From: a virus
Taxonomy: Duplodnaviria > Caudoviricetes
Virus record (IMG/VR): IMGVR_UViG_3300007346_000222
Coordinates: 1-24,656 of that record
Strand: one strand, 5' to 3'
DNA: 24,656 nt
Shown here: piece after piece, positions 7,220-18,200 of the stretch
Position numbering within the stretch: the stretch's first letter is position 1
How the letters are laid out: each line of letters opens with the position of its first letter
The notes under the pieces: generated by a model
The model's database searches: none
Told to the model about the DNA's origin: nothing
What the model saw: only the letters and a program-made list of their open reading frames with translations
Translations under genes and position numbers: made by a program

Positions 7220-8620
7220 TCAACCATTCCCCTTTACTATCCATTTCGACTGAGATGTCCCTAACGTCAACAATGCGTTGTCTGCTTCGGCTACTGAGCC
7301 ATCTCCTTTAATCAATCCCCTTGTAGGGTGCCCAATTATCATCCCTTCGGGTCGAATTTGTCTTGCAGCGATGACCCAAGTGGTTTTGACGGTCATTGTG
7401 GCGCTGACAGCGTAATTTTTCTCCTTGACCTGTTGCTTTTCCTCTTGACCGTCGTCAAACATCGAAGAAATATCGCCTTCTTGCGCTCGCTGTATCAAAT
7501 CTTCCAAACTGCCTTCGATTGAGGACACTTTGATGTCAGAACGGCGCTCAGTAAGGTTGTGGCGCACTCGTAGGACAATATCTTGGGTCTTTTCGCCTAT
7601 ATCTTGGAACGAAACGATGTCACCAGCCTGTACAGTCATCGAATTGATGGTTCCCGTCAACATTTTGGCACCTTTCGCACGTTTTGCGGTAGCCAAGAAC
7701 TTACGACCAATGTTTTTCGTCGCATTACGGTTGTTTGCGGTCGGTGCGAAGATACCACCCTGCACTTCACGGACTCCATCCTTCTGAGACTCAATATCAT
7801 CGACCTGAATGATGTTATCATCGTTGTTCGCACGTCGTTTTCCTCGTACAGTGACTCGATTCGGGGCTGCATCCATGTTTTCTTCGGTAATACCGTCGGA
7901 AACCATGTCTTGATGAATGTAAACCGACCGATTACCACGTAGTTGGTGCACATAACTGACCATTCCGTGAGAATCACTCTTTGTCATGAAGCCATCGTGC
8001 CTTGCTAAGTACCTTAAAGCGGTCAAAGCATCCACATTGTTGATATTCTTTGCCACAAACACGTTGCTTGGCGCCGAAATGCGGAAACCTGAAAGTGTTT
8101 TCCTACCTTCGGTGACAATTCGTTCAGCCAAGTCACTCGTCCGAAGCCCGACGGCTACTGGCTGTGCGATTTGCAAACGCTTGCCATCGAATCCCATGTC
8201 AATCAGGCTGCGACCCTTGAGATTGTTGAGGCGAATGCGGGTGCCCTTGGTTGCTGTTTCTATAGAATGTGGTGCGAGGCGCTGTTTGCTGTCGTCGAAA
8301 TTGACAAACAACGAGGGGACAGTCGACGAAGCGTCGAACTGGTCGTCTCCATGAAAGACACCGCCCCTGAATCTGTTCCCACCCGACGAGGTGTGCTCGA
8401 TTCGGATGGTGTCGTCCTCTTCTGATAGCGTGTAGGTCTTGTCAGTCGACGACTCAAAGTCTGTACGCACAGGTGAGCCTGCTACACGCTTGGTAGCCGA
8501 CGACACGTACGTAGCGTGACGCACAGCGTTGTCAACAAACGACGGCTTGCGAACACGCTTCATGACAGTTGACTGGGCTTCACTAAATCGCCCTGTCGTT
8601 CTGTTGTATGCGTCAGCCAT
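7220..8620 (-). CDS. Baseplate hub/Tal-like tail protein (gpD/gp27-like fold), 466 aa
   Basis: DALTALRYLARHDGF..., NRVTVRG, DDIESQKDGVRE and VQAGDIVSF...IVLRVRHNL match the pattern typical of phage hub proteins. GGAGG RBS at 8629-8633. Position in the tail operon fits. Confidence 0.6.
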   Translation of the reverse strand: MADAYNRTTGRFSEAQSTVMKRVRKPSFVDNAVRHATYVSSATKRVAGSPVRTDFESSTDKTYTLSEEDDTIRIEHTSSGGNRFRGGVFHGDDQFDASSTVPSLFVNFDDSKQRLAPHSIETATKGTRIRLNNLKGRSLIDMGFDGKRLQIAQPVAVGLRTSDLAERIVTEGRKTLSGFRISAPSNVFVAKNINNVDALTALRYLARHDGFMTKSDSHGMVSYVHQLRGNRSVYIHQDMVSDGITEENMDAAPNRVTVRGKRRANNDDNIIQVDDIESQKDGVREVQGGIFAPTANNRNATKNIGRKFLATAKRAKGAKMLTGTINSMTVQAGDIVSFQDIGEKTQDIVLRVRHNLTERRSDIKVSSIEGSLEDLIQRAQEGDISSMFDDGQEEKQQVKEKNYAVSATMTVKTTWVIAARQIRPEGMIIGHPTRGLIKGDGSVAEADNALLTLGTSQSKWIVKGNG

Positions 8621-9190
8621 CTAATTGTCCTCCAATAACAAATCAGGTTCAGTATCAGTATAAGAACCCGGACGTAACCTTTTTTGCTCAATAACCCAAT
8701 TTTCATATTCATCCCCAGTCATACCGAATGTTTCACTTTCTGACGGTAAAGAGATGACTAAGTTTTCTAAATCAAGTGGTTCGTTATGAGAAAGAATTGC
8801 CTCGTCCAAAAATGCATCATTTGTAGGATTCCATACTCCTGTTCTTCGCTGAACTCTTCCGCTACCTTCTAACGGACCTCTGTGTCCAAGCACACGAACA
8901 CGTGAAAGCGCAGGTCGCCCTTCTTCCGCCCCCATAATACCAAAAGTTGACGCAGTCGCATGAGGTTCGTTCGTACCTCGTTCAGCCCAAAACGTACCCA
9001 TAGTATTCATGTCTATAGGGTTGTTACGCTTTTGACTGTGTGTGGATATGTCACGCGGTCGTGTACTCAAAAAAGGAACTCCCCGATAAGCAGTCACTGG
9101 AGCCATACCGGGGTAGTCTTCTATGTAGTTGTACAACTTCATTTGCCGACTGGCTTTGAGAATAAGCCAAGCCTCATCCATCGGCATCAT
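8621..9190 (-). CDS. Putative ADP-ribosyltransferase-fold protein with short N-terminal 'MDEAWLILKA' leader (189 aa)
   Basis: ATG at 9190 lies 4 nt after the giant-gene stop with GGAGAGTGA upstream. The track start at 9355 overlaps the giant gene and is unlikely. Motif order is AYRGV ... GTFWAE...ATASTFG ... RVRVL ... LDEAIL...LDLENL. The CDS is well supported and the fold call is inference. Confidence 0.55.
   Translation of the reverse strand: MMPMDEAWLILKASRQMKLYNYIEDYPGMAPVTAYRGVPFLSTRPRDISTHSQKRNNPIDMNTMGTFWAERGTNEPHATASTFGIMGAEEGRPALSRVRVLGHRGPLEGSGRVQRRTGVWNPTNDAFLDEAILSHNEPLDLENLVISLPSESETFGMTGDEYENWVIEQKRLRPGSYTDTEPDLLLEDN
8629..8633 (-). promoter_or_regulatory. Shine-Dalgarno site (GGAGG) for the hub gene, embedded in the 3' end of the ART-like gene
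   Basis: The minus strand reads TTGGAGGACAATTAG-ATG. Confidence 0.6.
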
Positions 9191-9194
9191 GCTA

Positions 9195-9203
9195 TCACTC
9201 TCC
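9195..9203 (-). promoter_or_regulatory. Shine-Dalgarno-like site for the ART-like gene, overlapping the giant-gene stop
   Basis: The minus strand reads GGAGAGTGA-TAGC-ATGATG. Confidence 0.5.
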
Positions 9204-12200
9204 ACTGTGGTCGCCTGTGTTAAAAGACGTATCGCCCGAACTGCCCTTCGGGTGTAGGGTTTGGCTGTGTCGTGGCTGCACTGAGAAGTCAGATTCACCG
9301 TCCTCGGCCAATCGACGAGGTGCATCGCTGCGGAAATGCTCAAGCGTGTTCTCACTCATGACGATACGAGCGACTGGCTGCGTTACATCCGTCTTGGTAT
9401 ATCCTGTCACATCGACGCCGAGAATCTTCGGACCGTCGCTCGTTGATGTAGTCACGCTGCTTGCAGGCTTAATGGCGTATACTGGCTTGTACGGAGGCGA
9501 CGAAGGCGTACCTGTACGGGCTGATGGTGCATCGCTGACATAGAAACCATACTTGCAACCACCTGTGGCTGCATAAAAGTTCGGACTGGCCTGTGGTGTA
9601 CTACCTGTCACGACAGGATTATGTCGGAACATTTGGATGTGTGACTTGTCAAGTGTCATGACCGGACGCAGTAAGAACTCGATTGTGCTGTCCGTGTTGT
9701 TCGTACGGTCAACCTTCGGCGAATGGTTCGCATCCTGATACGGGTTCGTCGAATCAGCCGCAGCAGTTGCGCCCCAGCCGAAGTCAGACAGCACACCTTC
9801 TCGCACCGACCAATCCATCACGTATGTGCCACCGAGCGCCCAAAATGCGTGAGCGTTCGATACACGCAGTACACCCTTTACAGGCTGTCCACTCCAAGAG
9901 AGTGATGTCATGTTGAGGTGTCCAAGTGTTTGGCTACCAATGTCGAGTGCCCCACGTAGCGTTGTACGTTGCCCAACCTCACGGTCAGTGTGCAGACTGT
10001 GTGCTTCTGTACTCATGATGACATACTCACGACTGATGCCATCATTCAGTTCGCCAAGAGTATCGACGTCAAGTCCCGCACGCACTCCATCGCCACCAAC
10101 AGGCTCGGCCAACAGCGAGTTAGCAGTTACTGACTCAACCCCTTCACTGACCATGGCAGTCGGCTTAAGCAATCCATCTTCGTCAGCAAGACCAAGTCGG
10201 TTGCTGATACCACGTTCGACTTCATCGGTTTGCAGTACATCGTTTCGTGGACGAATCAATCCTTTTCCTACAGTCGGCTCAGCGGTAGGTTGTGATACAA
10301 CCAATCCTGTTGGCTCAACTGTTTCAGATACGTCGGCCAACAGACTCTCGTTGAAGTGTGTAGGCCAACGGACACCACGTCCGTCACCACGGTCGCCGAC
10401 TCGCATGGCGCTGGCAGGGTTAAACCAGTCCGCAGTGCCCATGTTTGAAGATGCGTTGTTGTCGTTGTTGGCGTTACCGCTGTAGCGGTCAGTGCCGTCA
10501 CCACCAAACAGGCTGTTCGCAGCAGGTCGATGTGTAACATTGGTGTCAGCGTAGGCATCCTCAGGGTCCCACGCAGGTCGAATACCAAACCCACGCACTG
10601 GGAATCGACGTACGTCTTCACCACGTGTGTTGCCCCACCAGTCAATCAGATAGAACCGGTGAGCCTGAGCAAGTTCAGCGATGCCCAAACCTGCATGGTC
10701 GTTCGGGTACATGCGTCGTACTGTCGATGCGTTACGCACTGTGCGTACAGGACAACCAAACGGCTGTGTCATTCGACGACCGTCGCTGTACCGAACCTGT
10801 CGACCGATTTGGTCTTGGTTGAGCATGGCGCTAATCTGTGTCAATCGCTCCAGTATACCAGTGTAAGTAGCAGGGAAGTCCGCATCGGATTGTCCGTCGG
10901 GGTTTGAAGATGCATGATAGGTGTCAGCACCAACATAATCCCAACCACTTGTCTTGTTGTCTTGTTGAACAAACGGCCCATGGTAGTAACCGAGCAACGC
11001 ATTTGTCTGTGTCCCCTCAATCCAACCCCGCACATACGGAGACCATCGTGGTCGGTTGTATGGCTGTCTTACCGAAAAGCGGTAACCAAAGCACGTGTTT
11101 CGTGCATAATCCGAATCAGATGTCATCTGTGCATAGGTGCGTTCTTCGATGCCGCTGTCGTCACGGAATCCGACACAATCGATACCGAACAACTTACCGC
11201 CCCATCCAATGACAGCCTCAAGGAATCCGTCGAGACGACTTGAACCAGCGCCTCCACGGGAGCCACTCGGCCAGTAACCTGCAAAGTTGTATTTGTCTGA
11301 GCCGTCTGTGCCACCCTGATGGTCGAGTGTACCAGTACCATCAACCAGTGCATCCATTTGGGCACCAGTGTATATTGAACCGTCATGGAAGTCAGTTGTG
11401 GCAGCGTCATTGTCCGCATCGTGTGGCGGAGCGACCCAACTCATACCAAGTGCAAATGGTCCTTTCGACGCAGCATAAAAGAAGTCGTGATAGTGGATTG
11501 TCTCAAAGTGCTCAGGGATGTTGTTGAGCGATGCTTTGTTGACAGGTGAGTCGGCTGCACCCGCGGCGCTATAGAACGAACGACTGCTGTCATCTGAGTA
11601 GTATGTATACGGGCGCCCAAGATTCGGATGCCACATGCACAAGAATGCGTCAGGTGTGTGCAATGAGTTTGTATCTCGTGTGCCTGCAAACGTCTGAGCA
11701 AGTGTACGAGTAGCAATACTTGATTCGGAGTTCTTGAACACTTCACCCGCTTTTCTGTTGTCGTATGGTCCGCTGAGTCGTAGGATTGTACCTGCGGTCA
11801 GATTGGTGAAGAACAGGTTGGCTGTCGATACGCCTTCAAACGTCGTTGCCGCAGCCAATGTAGCGTGTGCTAGTGTACCTGTGCGATTCGTGTACGTAGC
11901 CGTACGACGCTCTCCACCGGCGTCGATGTATTCCAATACTTCACCGTAGTACGGCTCCACTGGGAATAACTCATTGCTGTCGACTGTGATTGTCTGTGCA
12001 CTTGCATCGGACGAAATGACAACGCAACTTGGATTGAGACTGCGTGCTCGATAGTGCTCGCCATATATGTCAGGGTAAATAGTTGAGAAACCTGCAAGCG
12101 TAATTTGTGCACCTACTGAACCAAACGCAGGTCGATTGAGTTGATAGTAATGGTCCGGTGTGTGCCACTCAAGGAACTTGAACTCGTCAGCCGCACTGTT

Positions 12201-15200
12201 ACGTGCACCATCTTTGTGCAACTGCGCCCACCATGGTACTGTTGTAGTCATACCCGGCGTTGTTTGAATGAACATGTTCGGTCGGTATGGTAGGCTACGG
12301 CGTGTGAATGCAGGTGATGCAGTTTCATCAACACCAAGCGGGTTATACAATCCCAATGTAGGTATGTTGGTGAATTGACTTCCCGCATCAGGTTCCAAGT
12401 CAAGTATAACTTCATTGATGATAATCTCACAGCCTCGTACGTCGGCCATGGTCGCTTCGGCAAGGACAAGCGTTATGCCTCCAAGACCCGAAGTATCGTG
12501 TTCTATAGCAATGACAGTGTTGACTTGCTGACCAGTGAGTTCTATTACCTTGTCACCTGACTCGGATGGGGCTTTGGTTGCATCACTGTGATTGAGATGG
12601 TAACCAGTAATCTGTTGTGAGAACACGTTCGGTTGAATGATAATCTGATAAGCACCAACTTCCATTGGGTCAGGGAAGTGGTTGTCAAGCGTGTACGTAC
12701 CCGCTGCTTCCAGTACAATCGAATGACCGCCTTGTGAGTTTGTCGTACCTGCTGTTCCATTTGACGCAGCGATACCGTAGCCATCGTACTTGACTTTCGT
12801 TTCGGTCATGAGCGTAAACGCACCACCGTGAATGTCAGACGGGGCAAACGCTGCCGTTGGTCCACTGAACCAAACAAGAGGGTCACGTCCGGGTGTGTTG
12901 GCTACCACTTCCGTATCGCCCAAATAAGCATCTTCAAATGGTTTGTTTGATGCACTTCGACAAGCAAGGTGTAAATCGTACATTCGCTGATAAGCAGGGT
13001 GAGCGTAATGACCGGGTAGTAGTGCCATTGTCGGCGTGACGTAGTGGTGACCCATACGAGGGATTGGCATCGGCGTCATCTTCGGCGCCGTCAATTGTGT
13101 GTAAGGAGTCGTAGTGATGCTTGACCAATCGATGTTCGGCATGTCAGGGCTTGAGCCACTGTACTCGCTGTGGTCACGTAACCGACGTGATGCAAAGAAA
13201 CGAGTGCTACCCGCAGGCATGAAATACGAAGGTACGACCTTGAGTCCTATTTTGCCAGTAACGAACGATATAAAATCAGGAGATACAACGACTCCTATAA
13301 ACCTGTCAGTATCTGTACCTGTGTACGAAGCAAGTACACCTTTGTTTGTTGTTGGGTCATAGACACGTAAGAACCAGCGGCCACCGCTTCGTTCACTTGC
13401 ATTCAACCAAGTTGATGGTTCCGGTGTGGTCGAAACGTCGATTTCGTTATCCACATCGTCATAATTACTGAAAGTCAGTTCATCAACATCGTCACGATGC
13501 GTCATTGTTATGCCCATTCTTGTGACGTGAAACTGTAGTGAACGGTCGTGTGGCTCGTAGGCTGTTTCAAGTGGGTTGTTGTTTGTGTGGTCTGACCAAC
13601 CTTCGACAGAAGAGTCAGGCGAACCAAGTCGTGTCTTACTCTTTGTTGTCGATATGTCTGTACCATCTTGGCTCAGATGCTCCCATCCATTGTTCTCCCA
13701 CGTAGGCCAAGCACGTGGTCCGGGCTGAGCATTGTTGAACATGTTCGTAATTGCCTGTTGAGGCTGCGACGGATGCTGCATGCCACCGCTACCCATTGTT
13801 TCGTTCTGATAGCCTTGTATGCGGTCAAAACTTGGACGAATGATAATGTTGCCCGGAATATCGTCAGGGTCAGGTAGTCGTATTTTCAGGTTGGGTGATA
13901 TGCCTGAACCTGCAAGTGCAGGTGACAAGCCTTCTATTTCTCTGTTGCTCAGATGCCTGAAATCGAGAATGACTGTTCCAAGCGGACTACCACCTGCGAT
14001 TCTGTGCTCTTGCCCAGTGTCATCGACGACCTGTAGGCTTTGGAATTGTATCTCCTCGTTTGGTATGAGCAGTGCATCCTCGATTTTTGTAGCAAATTGG
14101 TTTTGCTCGGCTAGTTGTGGGTGTGACAACTCCTGTGCCTGAATGATTGGGAACATCGCACCGTTTGTTGTTTCAAACGAAAATCGATTGTTTCCAAGTA
14201 TCTTCTCACCAACCTTCTTGTAGGCTCCGCCATCCTTTCTATAGACCCACGGTACCATACCAAGACCCCGTGCGTTAGACGCAGGCATAGTAAGATTACC
14301 ACCGTCCATACGCTTCCATACAACGTGTTCTTCGTTGAAGTTGCGAGCAGGGTTTTGTGTTTTGTAAAATTTGTAAATGCCAGTTCCTGTTGCACTGTAC
14401 TGTGTCGGTGATGTAATACCTTGGCAAGTTACACCGTACGTAGCAGTGTCTTCGTGGAACTGGCTCGCAGTGACCTTTGATTCGTCCCAAAACAAATCAC
14501 CTGTAGGGCTTTGACATGGGTCGGCTCGTTCGATGTGGGCTGCCGATGTAACACGACTGTGCCAGTACGTTTCCGTGCCAACAGCAGGGTATGAGGCTGT
14601 TTGTGGGTAAGAACTTACATCGGCCAACATCATCGCTTCAACGTGCGGACCTGCTGTAGCGGGACCAACGTATCGGTCACGGTTGTGTACCTTCGCAGTG
14701 TCCCACTGGGTTGTACCTGCGTGTGTAATATTTCCACCCCGTTTGAGGTCAAGCCAGTCACCTGCACAAAGAATACCATCACGGTCAGCCTTTGCAATCA
14801 AAGGCATCTCGCTTTCGTGCGTGATAGCAATCAAATGACGTGAGGCTAAACCAATCTCACATGACTGCTCATATACGCTTGCAGGCATTGAGTCAGCGCC
14901 GATGGGTGAACTACCTGACAAACAAGATTCGGCTGCCCCATATGGATTAAATCCGAGGAACGGATGCCAAGCACCTTTTCCAGCAGGGAACTTGGTGCTG
15001 CCGATTTGAGTACCGTTGTACGAATTGAGATACGAGTACGCTTCGCCCGACCAACCAACTGCTCCGATTGGCTTGGTTCTGTCAACGGCATCGGCGTAAC
15101 CGCTGTAGTGAACCTGTGTCATGTGGTCACGGGCTTCGGAAGTGTTGTTGTAGCGATGGGTACCTGCCTTTGTCCACACATAGATTTTGACAGCACCTGC

Positions 15201-18200
15201 TCCCAATCCGTTGATGGTTGATGCTGTAACAGCAGCCTTCGTTGTCGGGTCGACAATATTGGTTGTAGTTGTCAAGTTCTTCGCTAATGTAAACGTAGCA
15301 CTACTGTAAGAAGCATAAGATGCAAAGCCTACGTTTGAACCTCCGTCTGTAATACGCAGCCAACCGTATTGAGGTAATGTTGTAGGAATAGATGCGTTGG
15401 CCTGTAATGTTGCAGCAGCGCCACTTTCGGCAGTATACCCACCAGTAGCCATCGTTAGTTCGACCCAACCGTATCGGTCTTGCTTGGCAGCGGTTTGGAA
15501 CGAGGGCAGGAACGTACCACCAATCGCTTTGAGTGGGTCAGTTCCGGGGAATGTGTTGACGCCTGCTGAAACAATTGTAGCAAGTTCCTCGGCATTCTGT
15601 GCACGAGTAGCGTCGATAACAACGTAATCTGCGTTGCTTGTCATGTTTGTGTCGCCTCCAAAAGTGCTTAAGTAAGCAGTTCCTAACAAAGACGACACAC
15701 GGAATACTGTAGGGTTTTGCTGAGCGTTTGAGCCAGTCGATATACGCAGAGTTGATACTGGGTGCTTTGGGTTTCGTTCGATGTGGTTGTCAAGGAAATG
15801 ACCGCCGGGGTGATAGCCTCCGTCCATGTGCCAAACGCACGAGCGTGCAAGTGTTGTCGCGAGACCTGATGCGCCCATTGCAACACCTGCATAATTCGTA
15901 AACACATATGACATCGGGTGAGCGTGAGCAGGTGGATTTGTTGCAGTCATTTGTGTATCGTAAAACAATCCTTGCCCTGCCGTCTGAGCAAACAATGTAC
16001 TGTTCGGTTGACCCTTAGATGGTTCCCAATTCATAACATAGTTGTAGCCCTGCACGTTGCCTTTCTGATACTCGGCAGTAGGTGGCAAGTGAGCACTGAA
16101 TCCATTACGACTGGCTGCACCGTGTGCAATCTCGTTAGGCAAGTTCTTACCAGTAGGCACAGCGCTGTAGCCGTTTCCGCCCGTAACAATGCTCGACAGT
16201 TGCGGCTCGTGTGCTGCAAAGTTGTGAGGCACGCTTTGGCCGGGTCCAAAAATCATGTACGTTGTATGGTCAGTTGCATCACCCGCTGCGGTATAACGAG
16301 CGTGTGGGTGTGAGAATCGAAGGACAATTGGACTTGGTCGTTGACAGCGAACAGTCGTTCCACCACCTGTGTACGTTACCCCCGTACTAGAAGAGTTTGT
16401 GCTATTACCCGCATCCAAATCAAATGACAGCATAGCATCTTGATTGAAGAATGGCATGCTGTTGCGACCTTCATGTTGGTCGAGATACGGAGTTCCGGGG
16501 AACATAGCGAGCATTGCGTTTGCATCAAGCAAAGCGTATGAACCTGCTATCTCACCTACGTTTTGTAATCCAGCCGAACCTGTCGGTCCACCTGAGTATG
16601 GGTGCTCATAGAACTCACTGTAATCATTTTGTGTACCGTCATTGACATCAAGTGTTACGCCTGAGAATCCACCACCAAAGTACAATGGTACCCAATGGTC
16701 AGGACTGTCATGTGCGCCTCGGAAGTGCAAGAACGGCTCACCATGATGGCTACCTGCTCGACGAATGCCTCCTACTTCAGAAGAGTATTCTATAGAACCT
16801 TGTCTTACAAGGATGTCGCTGTTAGCAATTGTTCCACTCCACTGTGCTGAATCGGCTACAAACTCAAGTTCAGTCGTTGATGTCGAGCCGGGTTTGCTTG
16901 ATACAATACCTGATTCTTCACTGCCGAGCCATACTGTGATTTTTTCAGCCCAACTGTCTGTATCGGTTGATGCAGGTGTAGTGATGAGATACAGGTATTG
17001 GCTTGTAGGTAACGTAATGCCTGTACTGCTCGTATTGTGAACGTTAATCATAGGGCTGTTGACACACGGTATAACACGGTCGCCTGCTGTTCTATAGAAT
17101 GTATTACCTCGTAGGTTTTGTTTCCAATCAATCGTGTCAACGACATTGTTTGCACTATCGACAAGAACAGGCGTTGCCGTGTTTGCATTTGTACCTCGAT
17201 ACTTCGTAGTGATGTGAAGTACAGTTTTCGGAATGTACCCGACATCGAGTCGTGTTCCGTCGTCAAATTCATCTGTTGAAAGACCACCCAAATGGTCGGT
17301 ACCAGTTGCTTGGACCGATGCTCCCGCTTGGAATCCCCAATCTTTTTCACGACTGACTTCAAACAATTTACGTAGTGGAATGATTCGCTTGGAGGCCGAA
17401 TGTGATTTGACACGGATGGCTGTAGGAGATACACCCCATTCACCAAGTGTGCGACCGTCAGGTGCAAGCATGTGCGTGCAGTCGAATGTGGTCTTGTTGA
17501 CATCCGCACTGTTCGGGTCATCCATGGTTAGAGCAAACTCAACAGCAGCAGCCATGACCTCGTCTGTCAATACCGACGTAAACGACATCCGTGGACAGAT
17601 GATTCGTGTTTCACCTGAGCCGTATGCTGACGTGTTGCCTTCAACGTTGTACAAGTAGTGTACCCCTGATGCACCCGCTTTGCCATGGTACGAACGACTT
17701 TGGTAATACAGTGGCTCCCCGTTGTTGCCGGCAACACCTGAACTATTTACGTCATTGAGTTGAATCATACCCTTCTCAGGGAATCCGAGATAGCCCAAGA
17801 TGTCAGGATGATTCAAGGTGCTACTTGTGTCATACGGGGCCGTGAATGTAATCTTGAGAGCATCAGCCCCACTCACTGTAACGACCTGTACTGTTGCTGA
17901 TATACCAGTCGCAGGTGACGGATAATTATTCCATAGGTTGCCCTTGAATTTCTTTTTCGTACCTGCTGTAAACTCTCCACACACGTCACCTTCTCCGAAC
18001 ATGTGCTTACCAATGGTAAACCCACCTTGTCCGACATCACGGTCATCGAAGTGAATGACTACTTCGTCGTCGAGTGTTGACGGTAATACGGTTAAATCGT
18101 TTGCAAACGACTGACTGTGCTGTCGATATACCATACGAATGGTGTGGTTTTTGCCACGGTGGTCGATAAATCGAATACCGTACAATTGACCGTCGCCTAT

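Noticed and set aside
9191-9355. 55-codon N-terminal extension of the 244-aa ORF in the track
   Set aside because: It overlaps the giant gene's 3' end in another frame. ATG 9190 has an SD-like site and typical coupling.
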